A stretch of DNA of 63,061 nucleotides, filler included, from Welwitschia mirabilis (taxonomy: Eukaryota), in the NCBI GenBank assembly GCA_051453625.1. It is 7 parts of one record of this genome, joined end to end, with 100 filler letters (N's around TTAATTAATTAA, not from the genome) between each part and the next. Parts side by side here need not be neighbours in the genome. Positions count along the whole stretch, not along the records: positions 28,838 to 50,247 come from JBOZIK010000001.1; positions 50,348 to 53,411 come from JBOZIK010000001.1; 5 more parts are not named here. The stretch is one strand, 5' to 3'. Every line of letters starts with the position of its first letter. The first letter of the stretch is position 1. The notes under the pieces are model-generated. The model ran no database searches. It had not been told where the DNA came from and saw only the letters and a list, made by a program, of their open reading frames with translations. Both the position numbers and the translations under genes were made by a program. Positions 40,561 to 53,511 of this stretch are shown in pieces.

Positions 40561-42299
40561 AAACGATTAGAACTATAATAGGACTTGTGCATTAATTGTC
40601 AGAAATTTAATAGGTAATGTTGATACCTAGTAACTTAAAAACTAGTAGGAATAAATATCATAGAAGGATGGGATAAATAGAATAGATAATAAAATTTTTT
40701 TTGTTATTTTAAACATGATTTATCATAAGTAAGTATAACTAAATGTAATTTAGCATAATGTGCAAAAAATTTAGTTGAATTAAATAATAAATACAATTAA
40801 TTAATTACTAATAAGTAATACTAAAAAAAGTACAAGATAAAAACTAGAAGACAAATTTTTTCCCCTTTATTTATAATGTGTTACAGCTTAAACACCCAAT
40901 TAAGTTTTGCAATAGCTTTTAGATAATATAAGTGATATTTTATGGTAATCCTTATGCTTAAAACATATTATATTCAAGTTATTTAATCATCATGTTAATG
41001 ATAACTAATGATAAAAGGAATTAACTATAAAGGAAAAAAAAGGTAGTTTATGCCTTTTTTTATAAGATAAAAAGTAAAATCATCAAAAGTATTTAGATCC
41101 ATAATAATGATTTAAAAGTGTTTGGATGTATAAAAAGGATCAAATTATATAGGATTCATGTTTATGATTATTGCACTGCATTATTACATGATATATAACT
41201 AATTAGTTATTGAAAAATGTTCATAGAAGCCCATAATTACTAAAACAAGGTTCATATAGATGAGATGACATACAACTATTAAATAGAAGACATATATATT
41301 GCATTAACTATTGAAAGACATCTACTAAATTAAATACATATATGTTAAACTAAAATAGGTAACAAAGGTCATTTATGCTAGGATGAATTATTTACTTTTT
41401 AGGGGATTGAGGAAGTTCTACATGATGAACTCATCATGCCTAAGCATTAGAGACACAAAAGTTCAAAGCTTGTTAAAATCTGGGTAGTTTCATAAAGAGA
41501 TGTCTTTCAAGCTAAATATGTCTTCCCCTAAGAGACATCTAACATAGTGAGATGTGTATTGTAAAAAATTAACAAAAAATAAAATAGCTTATAGTTGTTG
41601 CACTATGCTTAAATCATTTCAAATAGCTATCTCATTAGGGCAAAACCTAGGAGTAACTCAAAAGTATAAAAGACAGAACTTATGAAGGTGAAAGGGTTAC
41701 TAAGTTAGGTGATTAAAACTAAACAATAAAAAATCAGTATTCTTAATGAAGAAACTCATTTCCTGAGGAGATTATTTGATCTTTGGCATTTCTTTGCTAT
41801 ATAACTCTAATATTAGACATTTGAGAAAGATTACTTTAAGGAGAACTTAAGCTATCCTTAATGTGATATTATTTCATGCTTGTTATTCATTCTTTACATT
41901 ATCTATTAGCACTTCATTATATAACTATTATATTATTAAATTCATTCATTTTTATCTATAAGTTTTAATCACCTTATTTGCTAGGACTTCTTACTTAGGA
42001 AAATATAAGATAACATTTATATGGATGTGCTTCTTTAGATGCTTGAGAGCATAATTTATATTTGATCTATTGTAATCCCTAAGGAGAAGATAGTGCCACC
42101 TTATGAGGAGAATCTCATTTGTATGTAAGGTTAGTAATGCTTTAAAACCATTATTTTTATAGCTTAAATATTCTAGAGGTGTTAAGAAAAGCTATTCTTT
42201 CAGTGTGGATAATGTAACTAGGTATGGAAAACACATTAAGTTAGTAAGATATTATTGATGATTTTTATTTCTTTTAAGCTAAGATTTTTTATTTGATTA

Positions 42300-42352
42300 A
42301 ATTCATTCATCCCTTCCTTTTTATCTCAATGATCCTTAAGTGATATGAGAAA
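42300..42352 (+). other. Copia LTR 3' end and degenerate tRNA-iMet PBS
   Basis: ATTCATCCCTTCC (Sirevirus U5-like ATTCACCCCCC) then TGATATGAGAAA, about 40 nt upstream of gag. Confidence 0.45.
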
Positions 42353-42390
42353 GGGTACTTATGGAAAGGAGTAACAATTTTAATTAAAAT

Positions 42391-43890
42391 ATGAAAGGAA
42401 TACCATCTATTATACCTTTACTCTTTGATGAAACTAACTATGCCTATGAGAAGATGGGGATGTTGGTGTATTTATAGTTTTTTGAGTTTTATATTTGTTA
42501 AAGCATTTAAGATGGTTATTTAAAACTACAAAAATCATTATAAATGCTATAAGAAACTCCATCACTCAAGTCAAACCTAGAAGTAACTAGGAAGATAAAG
42601 AAAATAAATTCTTCATCTATGCCTCAAAGGCAAAGAATGCTCTTTACTTAGCCCTAAAAATGGAGGAATTTAATTGAATAGGTAGATAAAAAACTACACA
42701 AGAGATATTGAATGTTCTAGTGGGAACATATAAAAGAACCTCTATTGTTAAGTAGTTAAAGCTTCTTGTCTAGATTGATTAGTCTAAAAAATTAAAGATA
42801 AATACTAGAGAGAAAGTACATTAATATTTATAAAGATCTGTAACATTCTAAATGTCACACATATCATTATTAAAAATTCTAGAGGATAAGGTAATTCAAA
42901 AGGTGATTAGATCCTTAAGTTCATATTACAAGTCAAAAACAAGTAGAATAGAAGAATCAAAAGATTTTAATATAATGAAGACTGGGAAATTATAAAGTAA
43001 ATTAATGGCTTATAAGATGAATATCATTTGATATGGTGCATTAAATAAGAAGTCTATTTCTCTTAAAGCTAGTGAAAAATCAAGACAAGATTTTAAAAAT
43101 AAATCAAAAGAAGTTTTAGATGGAGATAACTCAAAAGAAGATGTGGAATAAGAACTTGCTCTCATCACAAGATGAGTTAAGAGGATTCCTTCATAAAAGA
43201 AGAATAGAAAAGAGGACTACAAAAAATATTTGAATTTTAAGCTATGGTTAAGTCTAAAGGTAAATCTCCTATGAGTTCTTTTCCTTCTTCTAAGAATAAT
43301 ATTTTTGTTCATGAATGTTGGGTTTGTAGAGGATGAGGACACATAGCCATGAAATATTTTAGCTCTAGTAGAGTGTATGAAAATGCATAAAATAAAGATC
43401 CTAAAAGGAATAAATTCTTTTTCATATATTGGGATTATGATGAAGATGAAATTAAAGTAGAAACATTAGGTGATGAAAGAGATCATTCATCTTGCATGTC
43501 CATCATACATATTTAAAGTAACCATGAAGAAAGAAAAGGAGAATTAGAATTAGAAAGTAAAGGTAAAGAAGGTTTAAAACTTCATAATAGGTATGAATTA
43601 ATTTTGAAAGAGCTTATTAAGTTTAAAAAGTATGTTTTAAAATGAAAAAATTTCTTCATTCTTATGAATTAATATATAAAGAAGAAAAGGGTTTATGTAA
43701 TAAATTATTATATAAAAACTTAACTCTTAAAGGTGATATTAGTAAGATAAGATGTGAATTAATGAACATTAGATAGGAACTTACTAATACAATGAGAATT
43801 TTATCCAAGGAAAGGAGATCTTGCAAATCATACTTAGATAATGCAGGAGTCTAAATGATAAAGGTGGCTTAGTCCATAATAAAACTTCAT
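42391..43890 (+). pseudogene. Ty1/copia (Sirevirus-like) gag remnant
   Basis: PLLFDETNYAYEKMGM; KAKNALYLALKMEEFN*I; KVIRSL..IEESKD; zinc knuckle ECWVCRG*GHIAMKY at about 43313-43357; DKGGL at about 43860. Confidence 0.85.
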
Positions 43891-44144
43891 TAGTATGTCA
43901 TCATTATTATTCAACAAATGGAACTACAATCCAAGGTATAAGCATGTAGGTTACATTAATAATATTTTGTGTTATTACTATACTAACATCATTATAATTT
44001 ATTTAACTATTCATTTAAGTTTAACACTAGATACTATGCTAATAGTACCAAAAGCACAAGATGTATGGTATGACATCTTATGTACACTAAACTAAAGTAA
44101 ATATAGATTAAAAAATCAAGGCTAGCTCTCTTCTCTTATATTAA

Positions 44145-46500
44145 TGTTGTGGTGCATATTTGTATAAATTTTACATTCTCAAGTAGATTCTTTTAATCAT
44201 AAATATATATAGATTTTACATAATACAACACACTCATATAGATGGAAGTGATCCAAATGTCATATTCATGTTGAAGGTTTACGCAAGAATAAAGAGAATT
44301 GATTTTGAAAATGAATGTTGTAATGTTAATTTGTAGGAATTTAATGGTGTATTTTGAGTGCTTTTATAGGACATTTACAAAGGTTTGGATGTAATACTAA
44401 TGATTATAGATATTTAATAGGATGATCAATGAAACATGCAATTCTTAGCATATTTGGTGGTTTCTTAAGCTTATGATTACACTGCATACTTGAAAGAAGA
44501 CTTCATCATGCAAGAGACTAACTTATCTTTAAGATTGAAGATAAGAAAAACTGTCGTTCCCTATGCCCTATCTATAACAGGTAGGAAGATAGCACTACTG
44601 ACATGGACAGAAGCTGCCGGGTTGATAGTATGGCATGAAGCTAATGAAATACCTTTTAATGTAGGGTAATGTATCCTATGTTGTCCTTATAACAGTTAAG
44701 ATGACAACTATTTTCCTATGGTCAGAAAAAATTATATTTGTATTTGAGTCAAGAGACACATTTAGGCTATTAGGATTTCTTTTTTGTCTTTTAGGGTTGA
44801 GTTTCTAGAATCTTAATGTAATATTATAAATAGCCTCTCCCTCCTTCATTTCTATTTCCATCTTTTATGTCTGATATGCTCGTGATGGAAGATTGAAGGA
44901 TGGGAGGTTCATCCAATGGATATAGAAATGAGTTTCCTTGGTGTTAAGTAGAGTCTCTTCCATTTAGGTGCTAATATTTTATTGTAAGTGGATGTAAACA
45001 TTCCTGAATTAATTCAATTACTCTTTGAATCAATATAATTGCTATTTTAATTTTAATTCTATGTATGTCCTTATGGTTTACATTAATTATAGTTTAAAGT
45101 AATAATTTTATGATTTATATAGATCATAAGGGCAACCTTTTTTAAGGTTGACCTTTTTTAGTATTAGATGTGCATTGCTATTCCAATCTATTTCACATTG
45201 AATTTTATATTCTACTTGGTAGACATTATAGTTCATATGGACTAAGAATAAGTTGAGTACTCTTCTTAATTGATCTGAATTATAAAGAGGCTAGTTCTTG
45301 TGATAGAATAATTATAATCTAATAGAATTAATTCCATTCCCATTTTCATTTTATTTCCATTTACTTTTATTACTATTACTTTATTATTTACTTTTAGTTA
45401 TCATAAGATAAAAAGACCAAAAATACCTTTAGAAATCAGTTCTCTAACTCTTAGTCTAGTGTCTTCATTGGGATTATGACATTTTGGTAAACTCTTATTT
45501 ATACTAGCATGTGTTTTTATATAAGTTATTTGATCTACAAATTTACTAAATGACTTTAGGATTGCATAAATTCACACGGCAACATTTGGAATCATTACCG
45601 AGGATGACCACAAGAAGCTAGAAAGGCTAGTTCTTATGATAGAAGAATTAGGAATTAATAAAATTAATTCCATTTCTATTCACTTGCATTGCATTTACTT
45701 TATTATTTACTTTTAGTTATCATAAGATAAAAATACCTAAAATACCTTTGGAAGCCAATTCTCTAACTCTTAGTCTTGTCCCTTCATTAGGATTATGACA
45801 TTCGAGTAAACTCTCATCTATACTAGCATATGTTTTTTTGTAAGTTATTTAATCTATAGGTTTACCTAAAGAACTTTAGAATTTCATAAATTCATAACAT
45901 AATAATGATAACAATATGTATCCTTAAGTAGAATGAAATAATAATGTAGAAAAAACAATGCAAACATACTATGCAAATGAAATGGAAGTTTTAGCTAAAT
46001 GCAATTCCCTTCTAACTACTAAATCAACCTATCATAGAGATTAGCCCTATGTAATCTAGATTAAATAAGAAAAGCCATCACAAGAGAAAAACCAATCTAA
46101 GATATCAAGTATATCAAATAGAATATAAAATCAATGTAGAGTTAATCTAGGAAAAGAAATGTAATGCACCTAAACTAAAAATATCAACCTTAATAAAGGT
46201 TGCTCTTATGATCTATATCATTAAAAATCTGTTATAGAATCAAAAGAAACATAAACCATAAAAGATATATATAAAATAAAAGATACAAAAGAAAATAAGA
46301 ATTTTAATTAAAAGTATATCAATATCCATAATAAAAAGTAGTTGCACCTCAATGAAGGATACACAATCCAATACCAAGGAAAATATCTCTTTATAAGAAT
46401 AATGAATGGATATTTAACCCTTCAATCTTCTATTACTAGAATTTTTAGTAAAAATGAAGATAAAAATATAGTTAATGGCAAATGAGATATTTATTACAAA
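44145..46500 (-). repeat. Athila-like LTR split by the 44316-45904 insertion
   Basis: 44145-44315 plus 45910-46500 rejoin to match the reverse complement of LTR 56200-56942. Confidence 0.75.
44316..45904 (+). mobile_element. Internally deleted element: full LTR (44316-45584), PBS (45585-45604), ~20 nt leader, then the distal ~280 nt of the 3' LTR; TSD ATGAA/ATGAT
   Basis: TGTTG start and GGCAACA end; PBS TTTGGAATCATTACCGAGGA; 45623-45904 repeats 45288-45584. Confidence 0.8.
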
Positions 46501-47558
46501 ATATACTTTAAAATCAGAAAAGACTAACTAGCATGTGTGTTACACTACTAATTTTTGGTTATTTGATAGGGTTTTATGAGATATTTTGTAGGATATTTAT
46601 ATAGTTTTAGACACAATTTTGATACTATAGAGAATCAATAGAAGATTTTAAAAATGTGTAATTCTTAGTAAGATTTAAGGCATTTAAGGCACTTTCTAAT
46701 ACTCATAGATATGGAGTAAGATTACTAATTGAAAATGCTAACTTCTCCTTACTTAGATAAATAAAGAAGNNNNNNNNNNTAATGACATATTTGCATGCTG
46801 ATGTGGACTATTAAGTCATCTACTACGTCATATTTTATATGGAGTTGTTGTTTCCTATATGATCTGGATGACATATAAGATAACACTATAATTGATTTTA
46901 ATAGCTAACTTTTGACCATTTCATCCATTTCTTTTCTACAATGAAGCATGTTTTGGATAACTTTTTGTTGTTATTTTCTATCATGTTACCCTATAAATAA
47001 AACCCTTTTCAATTATCCTCTCTATTTTTGATGCACTAAAAATGTTTTTAATAGGAGATCAAAGGACAAAAGATTACAAAAAGATGTTCCTTGGTAAAGT
47101 ACTATGTATCCTTCATTGAGGCCTAGCTATTTTATAACTTAAATGTTATTACTATTTAAGATAAACTCTATTTTTATTATTACATTTAGATTTGTTAGAT
47201 GTCCCTTATGGTTTATGTTACCCTTGATATGATTACAATTTCATTGGTAATATAGATTGTAAAATTAGCATTTATCAAGGCTAAAAAAAAGTAGTTTATC
47301 TTTATTTTGCATTGCATTTAGGTTTAATTTCATTAGCATTTTCATTATATCTTTATTTTTTGCATTGTTTTAGTTACTATATTTTTCTTTATAAAAATGA
47401 ATCCTTAATCTCATTTCATATTCTTTAATGAAAATATGATAATTGGGTTCACTCTCAACTATATTAGAGTGTTGTATTGTGTAAGATATCAATTTTATTT
47501 ATGAATTACATAATATTTTTGAGTGTAAAAACTTATACAAATACACACTATAACAAAT

Positions 47559-47576
47559 TGGCACCATTGTCAAAAA
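47559..47576 (+). other. Primer-binding site, tRNA-Asp type, heavily transition-mutated
   Basis: TGGCACCATTGTCAAAAA versus TGGCGCCGTTGCCGGGGA; all seven differences are G>A or C>T. Confidence 0.75.
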
Positions 47577-48035
47577 GGCTAGTAAGGAGTATAAGAATTG
47601 TCATTGTTTACATGAGTACATTAAATTTTTATTCAGTTATTTATCTATATCAACATTGTATTTCAATTACGGATCTTAGGTTTTTTTATATGTAGTTTTT
47701 CAATTTTTGGTTTTAGTAGTAAGATAATGGTCATTCCCTCTATCATTCTCCTGATAGTAAGGGTGCTAATCTGTGATTTTAATTTTAATTTTCATTTTTA
47801 TTTTACATTTTAATTTTTTATAATAAAATCAGTCTCTATTATCTCCTTTGTTGTCTAGACAATCAGAAGGATGACAGCTTGTGTTTTCTATTTTTTTTTA
47901 ATTTTTTTTTTGTTAAGCTTCTATTTTCTACTCCTATGTTCATCATTACTTCTATAGTCCTAACAATAGAAAGGATGATAGTCTATTATTTTTTATCTTA
48001 TTTTTTATTATTTTCTATTTATAGGATTCTATGAC

Positions 48036-50247
48036 ATGGTCAATCTAGAAAAGAAGTATCAGAGAGAAAGGCTATTAATAAAGAATAACATTAAAAAAGG
48101 ACTAGTAGATTTTGATTTCAAATTTAAAAAGCAATATTCAAGTGCATACAATCTTTTTTTTGAATTTATTTTTTATAAATTATATCCTTTGTAAGAAACT
48201 TTAGAAGAATAAAATCAATTTACAATCTCAAGAACTACCTAAAAACAAAAGCAAAAGCAAGTTATAAGGTTTTCTATCTCTAGTCTTAATACAAATCTTA
48301 TCCTAAGGGAATTACTTGTAAATAAGAAATGAGAGATTCAAACTCCTTTTGATCTACCTCTAGGAGATTATGTTGAGCTAAAAAACCTAGATGTCCATCT
48401 AACATTTAGTGATAAATGTGATGAGAATCCCCTCCAATACATTACAAACATAGAATAATTAATTCTTACTCTAGGAAATGGAAAGAAAAAGATTAGTAAT
48501 AAAACATACATGGTAATGTTTCCCATGATATTGAAAGGAAGTGATAAAAATTGGTTAAAATTCATACCCCACAAAAGTTTAAAAACTTAGGAATAAGTCC
48601 AAGAAATCTTCGTCAAAAGATTTATGAGTGAAGAAACTATTAGAAAAAGGAAAAAGGAAGTAACAAAATTTCAAAAAAAAAATCAATTAAGGATTACTCT
48701 TCCACATATGAATGGATATCTATAGCAAGTCAATCCAACTCAGTAGACATTTTTTCATAAGAAGAGTTAGTTAACTACTTTTATAGTAGACTAGACCACC
48801 ACACAAAATAACGTATAGACTTCTCTTATGATGAAAAGCTTATAAACCTTANNNNNNNNNNNNNNNNNNNNNNNNNNNNNNNNNNNNNNNNNNNNNNNNN
48901 NNNNNNNNNNNNNNNNNNNNNNNNNNNNNNNNNNNNNNNNNNNNNNNNNNNNNNNNNNNNNNNNNNNNNNNNNNNNNNNNNNNNNNNNNNNNNNNNNNNN
49001 NNNNNNNNNNNNNNNNNNNNNNNNNNNNNNNNNNNNNNNNNNNNNNNNNNNNNNNNNNNNNNNNNNNNNNNNNNNNNNNNNNNNNNNNNNNNNNNNNNNN
49101 NNNNNNNNNNNNNNNNNNNNNNNNNNNNNNNNNNNNNNNNNNNNNNNNNNNNNNNNNNNNNNNNNNNNNNNNNNNNNNNNNNNNNNNNNNNNNNNNNNNN
49201 NNNNNNNNNNNNNNNNNNNNNNNNNNNNNNNNNNNNNNNNNNNNNNNNNNNNNNNNNNNNNNNNNNNNNNNNNNNNNNNNNNNNNNNNNNNNNNNNNNNN
49301 NNNNNNNNNNNNNNNNNNNNNNNNNNNNNNNNNNNNNNNNNNNNNNNNNNNNNNNNNNNNNNNNNNNNNNNNNNNNNNNNNNNNNNNNNNNNNNNNNNNN
49401 NNNNNNNNNNNNNNNNNNNNNNNNNNNNNNNNNNNNNNNNNNNNNNNNNNNNNNNNNNNNNNNNNNNNNNNNNNNNNNNNNNNNNNNNNNNNNNNNNNNN
49501 NNNNNNNNNNNNNNNNNNNNNNNNNNNNNNNNNNNNNNNNNNNNNNNNNNNNNNNNNNNNNNNNNNNNNNNNNNNNNNNNNNNNNNNNNNNNNNNNNNNN
49601 NNNNNNNNNNNNNNNNNNNNNNNNNNNNNNNNNNNNNNNNNNNNNNNNNNNNNNNNNNNNNNNNNNNNNNNNNNNNNNNNNNNNNNNNNNTCACATTACC
49701 AAGGATTGTCCACTTTTATCAACATATAAAAGAAAAATACATGAAGAAGTTTGTGCTTTTAACCAAAAATTCAAAAATCAAAATCAGGCATAACCTAGGT
49801 TAAATAGAATTATCAAAATAATTTTCAACCTTTTAAAAATCAATTTCAAAATTCAAACTTCCAACTAAGTTCATCCAACTTCCAACATCCAAACGATCCA
49901 TTTAAAAATATTATGAATGAATTTAGAAGATCACAAGAAAAGATACATGTCATCTTAGAAAATAAAAATGCCAACATTAAAAACTTAGTAAATATATTTT
50001 AATAATAAATGTTGGTAAGTCAAGGAAGAAAGACTCATTCATAACACAAGATTTACTAGACCCTAATGAAATAAGAAAATAAATAAGATTATGACAAGAA
50101 GTTAAAAAGATGATAAATCAGCAATTGAGAGAAATGTTATACCAACTTATGACTTAATTGAGTAAAATTATCACATTACCAAGGATTGTCCACTTTTATC
50201 AACATATAAAAGAAAAATACATGAAGAAGTTTGTGCTTTTAACCAAA
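48036..50247 (+). pseudogene. Degenerate gag of element D
   Basis: Homologous to 1904-3453 (minus) and 23600-26020 (minus); contains stops, frameshifts and an N gap. Confidence 0.75.
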
Positions 50248-50347
50248 NNNNNNNNNNNNNNNNNNNNNNNNNNNNNNNNNNNNNNNNNNNNTTAATTAAT
50301 TAANNNNNNNNNNNNNNNNNNNNNNNNNNNNNNNNNNNNNNNNNNNN
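50248..50347. other. Artificial scaffold spacer
   Basis: 44N-TTAATTAATTAA-44N. Confidence 0.97.
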
Positions 50348-52493
50348 ATTGATGCAAATGGCATTAAAAGCAACTAATCATTCTTGTTGGTATCTAGATA
50401 GTAGTTGCTTGAGACATATGATAGGTGATAAATTAAACTTTATTAGTTTAAAGAAATACAATGGAGGAGAAGTCACTTTTGGAGATAATGGAAGAGCTCA
50501 AATTGAAGGAATTAGAAGCATTGGTAGATGTGACTTACTAAAAATTTACAATGTTTTATTTATTAATAGATTAAAGCATAATTTGTTAAGCATTAGGCAG
50601 ATTTGTGATAAGGGTCATAAAGACTTTTTTGATGAAAAAAATGTATTGTGAAATACAGAAAAACTGATCAACCTTTACTCGTAGTAAATAGATATAAAAA
50701 TATGTATTGTGTAAATTAATTAAATAACTCTACATGTCTATCTTCTCATATTCGAGATGATATTATCTGGCATCAGCATTTAGATTACATTAGTTTTGAT
50801 ACTTTAAAAAAATTATGTTGTGATGAAATAGTTAGAGGTCTTTCTAAAATCTCTTTTTTGCATAAAGATCTATGTAATACTTGTTAAAAGGGAAAACAAA
50901 CTAGAATGTTTCATAAAAGGATCAGTGATATTACAGTAAACCCTTAGACTTAATTCAAATGGATTTAATTGGGCCTATCCAAACTATGAGTCTTTTTAAA
51001 AAAGATATTTTCTAGTTATGGTTAATGATTTCTTTAGATTTTTATGGGTAGCTTTTCTTCATGTAAATTCAATGCCTATAAAAATTTTGTAAAATTGACA
51101 AAAGGCTGCAAACAATAAAGGGTTATGTAATAAATAAAATAAGAATTTATCATGATAAAGAGTTTGAGAATGAAAGATTTGAAATTTATTACAACTCAAA
51201 TAGAATTGGCCATGAGTTTTTAACCTCTGAAACCCCTTAACAAAATGGAATAGCTGAAAGGAAAAATCAAACCTTACTAGATATGGCTAAAGTAATGTTA
51301 AATGACAAAAACATTTTGGGCTGAAGTAGTGAACATGGTGTGTCACATATCTAATAGAGTTTACTTAAGGCCTAAAACTTCTAAAACTCTTTATGAACTT
51401 TGGAAAGGTTAAAAACCAAATATATCTTATTTTAAAACCTTTGTAAGTAAATGATTCATCCTAAGAGATAGAGAGGAGTTAACAAAATTTGATGCTAAAT
51501 GAGAAAGAATATATTTATAGGACACTCTCAATCCAGTAGAGCCTATAGAGTTTTTAATTAAAAAAATCTTTATATAGAAGAATAAATTAATGTAAAAATA
51601 CATGATATCTCAAATACTTTAAATTCCATTAACCTTGACAAAGATCTAATTCCCTCTTACTCTATTAACCAAATGGATGAAAAATCAAGAGATAAAGAAA
51701 CTATAGAAATCAAAAAACTCAAGGAGCATCCTTTAGATTCTATTATTGAAAATGTTCAGCAAGGTATTATTACCAGAAATTCTCTTAAGAACTTTAGTAC
51801 TCATGTCTTTCTTTTATCTCAAATAGAACCTAAATCTTTTGAAGAGGCTAAATATAATCCAAATTGGATAAATTCTATATAAGAAAAACTTGAATAATTC
51901 ACTAGAAATAAGGTTTAGACGCTTATTCCAAAACCAATAGGAAAAACTATTATAGGCACAAAGTGGATTTTTAGAAATAAAGTAAATGAGAAGAATGAAA
52001 TTACAAAGAATAAAGCTAGATTAGTAGCTTAAGGGTATTCTCAAATAAAAAGATTAAATTGTAGAGACACATTTATTCCAGTTGCTAGATTGGAATCAAT
52101 CAAGATGTTTCTAGCTTTTGCATGTTTCAAGAAAATAAAAGTCTTTTATATGGATGTAAAGAGTGCATTTCTTAATAGAAATATTGAATAAGAAGTATAT
52201 GTTAAGCAACCTCAAGTTTTTTCTAATCCACACAAACTTGAATATGTCTATAGACTTAACAAAGCTTTGTATGGATTGAATTAAGCTCCCAGAGTATGGT
52301 ATGGAAAGCTTTCATCATTCTTGCTTTAACATGGTTTTTCTAGAGGCTTCATTGATAGAACTTTTCTTAGAAAGGTTTTGAATAATGATTTAATTATAAT
52401 GCAAATCTATGTTGATGATATTATTTTTGGATCAATAAATAAAAACTTGTTAAATAATTTTGCTAAACTCATGAGTTCTGAATTTAAAATGAG
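50348..52493 (+). pseudogene. Ty1/copia (Sirevirus-like) pol remnant: protease, integrase, reverse transcriptase
   Basis: WYLDSSCLRHMIGDK; LKHNLLSIRQICD; C*KGKQ; TP*QNGIAERK; IGTKWIFRNK; KARLVA*GYSQ; MDVKSAFLN; KALYGLN*APR; QIYVDDIIFGS; ends at EFKMS. Confidence 0.95.
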
Positions 52494-53411
52494 TATTATG
52501 ATGCCAACTTAGATGTATTTGATAAAGTATTTTAAGTTGTTTTGCAAATAAACTAATAAATAAATGCCTAGTTCTTATGATAATTGAAAATCTATGAGAA
52601 TAAGATGAAAACATGTAGTTTATCAGATAATTCACAAGCATTTTATATAGATATAAATAAATTGTATTTTTGGATAATTATTCCTGTAAATAACAAGATA
52701 TCAAAATGATAAAGGATGAAGAAAAGACTATCATCCCCTATGTCGTCTAGACGATAGTCAGGAGACAACCCTAATTGAGCATATGATAGACTTATTTCTA
52801 AATGATTTATAGTTGAAGTTAAGATTTTATTATTAAACTTCATCATCCACCTCATTGTCTAGACGACACTAGTGGATGACATCTCTAGAATCAGCCGACA
52901 ATAGTTTGCATGAAGATCATAAATAGTTAAACTGGAAGCTAAACAAATAACTTATCTTCAATCCTTGTCATCTTCTCAATCATTTGGATGACCAGAAGGA
53001 CAACACTATCCTCTCATAGTTTTACAGAATGTATTCTCGAATTGTCACTTATTATTTGTGACTTTTCCTTATATATTAGCTAGAGTTTCTACTTTACCTT
53101 TCTGTCAGTTTACTTTTTCTTTCTGTCTATAAATAAAGGTCTCCCCCTCTATTCCTAATCATCTTCGACAGTACCTGACATTCTTGTAATAGGAGATATT
53201 GGAACCATAGGACCATCTCGTAATTCTGAGAGATATTACCTTAGTTTTTGGCGGTGTATCCTCCATTGAGAAACGACTACTTTGTAATACAGATGCCTTT
53301 TTACTTTTAATATGAATTAATTTTTTTATTAATAATTGCAGGAACTTATCCCTCATATTTTATATTGTTCTAGATTCATAATAGGTTTCTTTAATTATAT
53401 AGATTATGAGG
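52494..53411 (+). repeat. Athila-like LTR inserted into the copia RT; cut by the scaffold end
   Basis: TATTATGATGCCAACTT equals TGTTGCGACGCCAACTT with four transitions; colinear with the reverse complement of 30092-30673. Confidence 0.85.
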
Positions 53412-53511
53412 NNNNNNNNNNNNNNNNNNNNNNNNNNNNNNNNNNNNNNNNNNNNTTAATTAATTAANNNNNNNNNNNNNNNNNNNNNNNNNNNNNNNNN
53501 NNNNNNNNNNN
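53412..53511. other. Artificial scaffold spacer
   Basis: 44N-TTAATTAATTAA-44N. Confidence 0.97.

Larger units (their letters stand above)
46538..50247 (+). mobile_element. Athila-like element D, 5' part (LTR 46538-47555, PBS, leader, gag); same subfamily as A
   Basis: LTR TGTTACACTACTAATTT..TAACA; gag MVNLEKKYQRERLL at 48036; truncated by the scaffold end. Confidence 0.85.
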
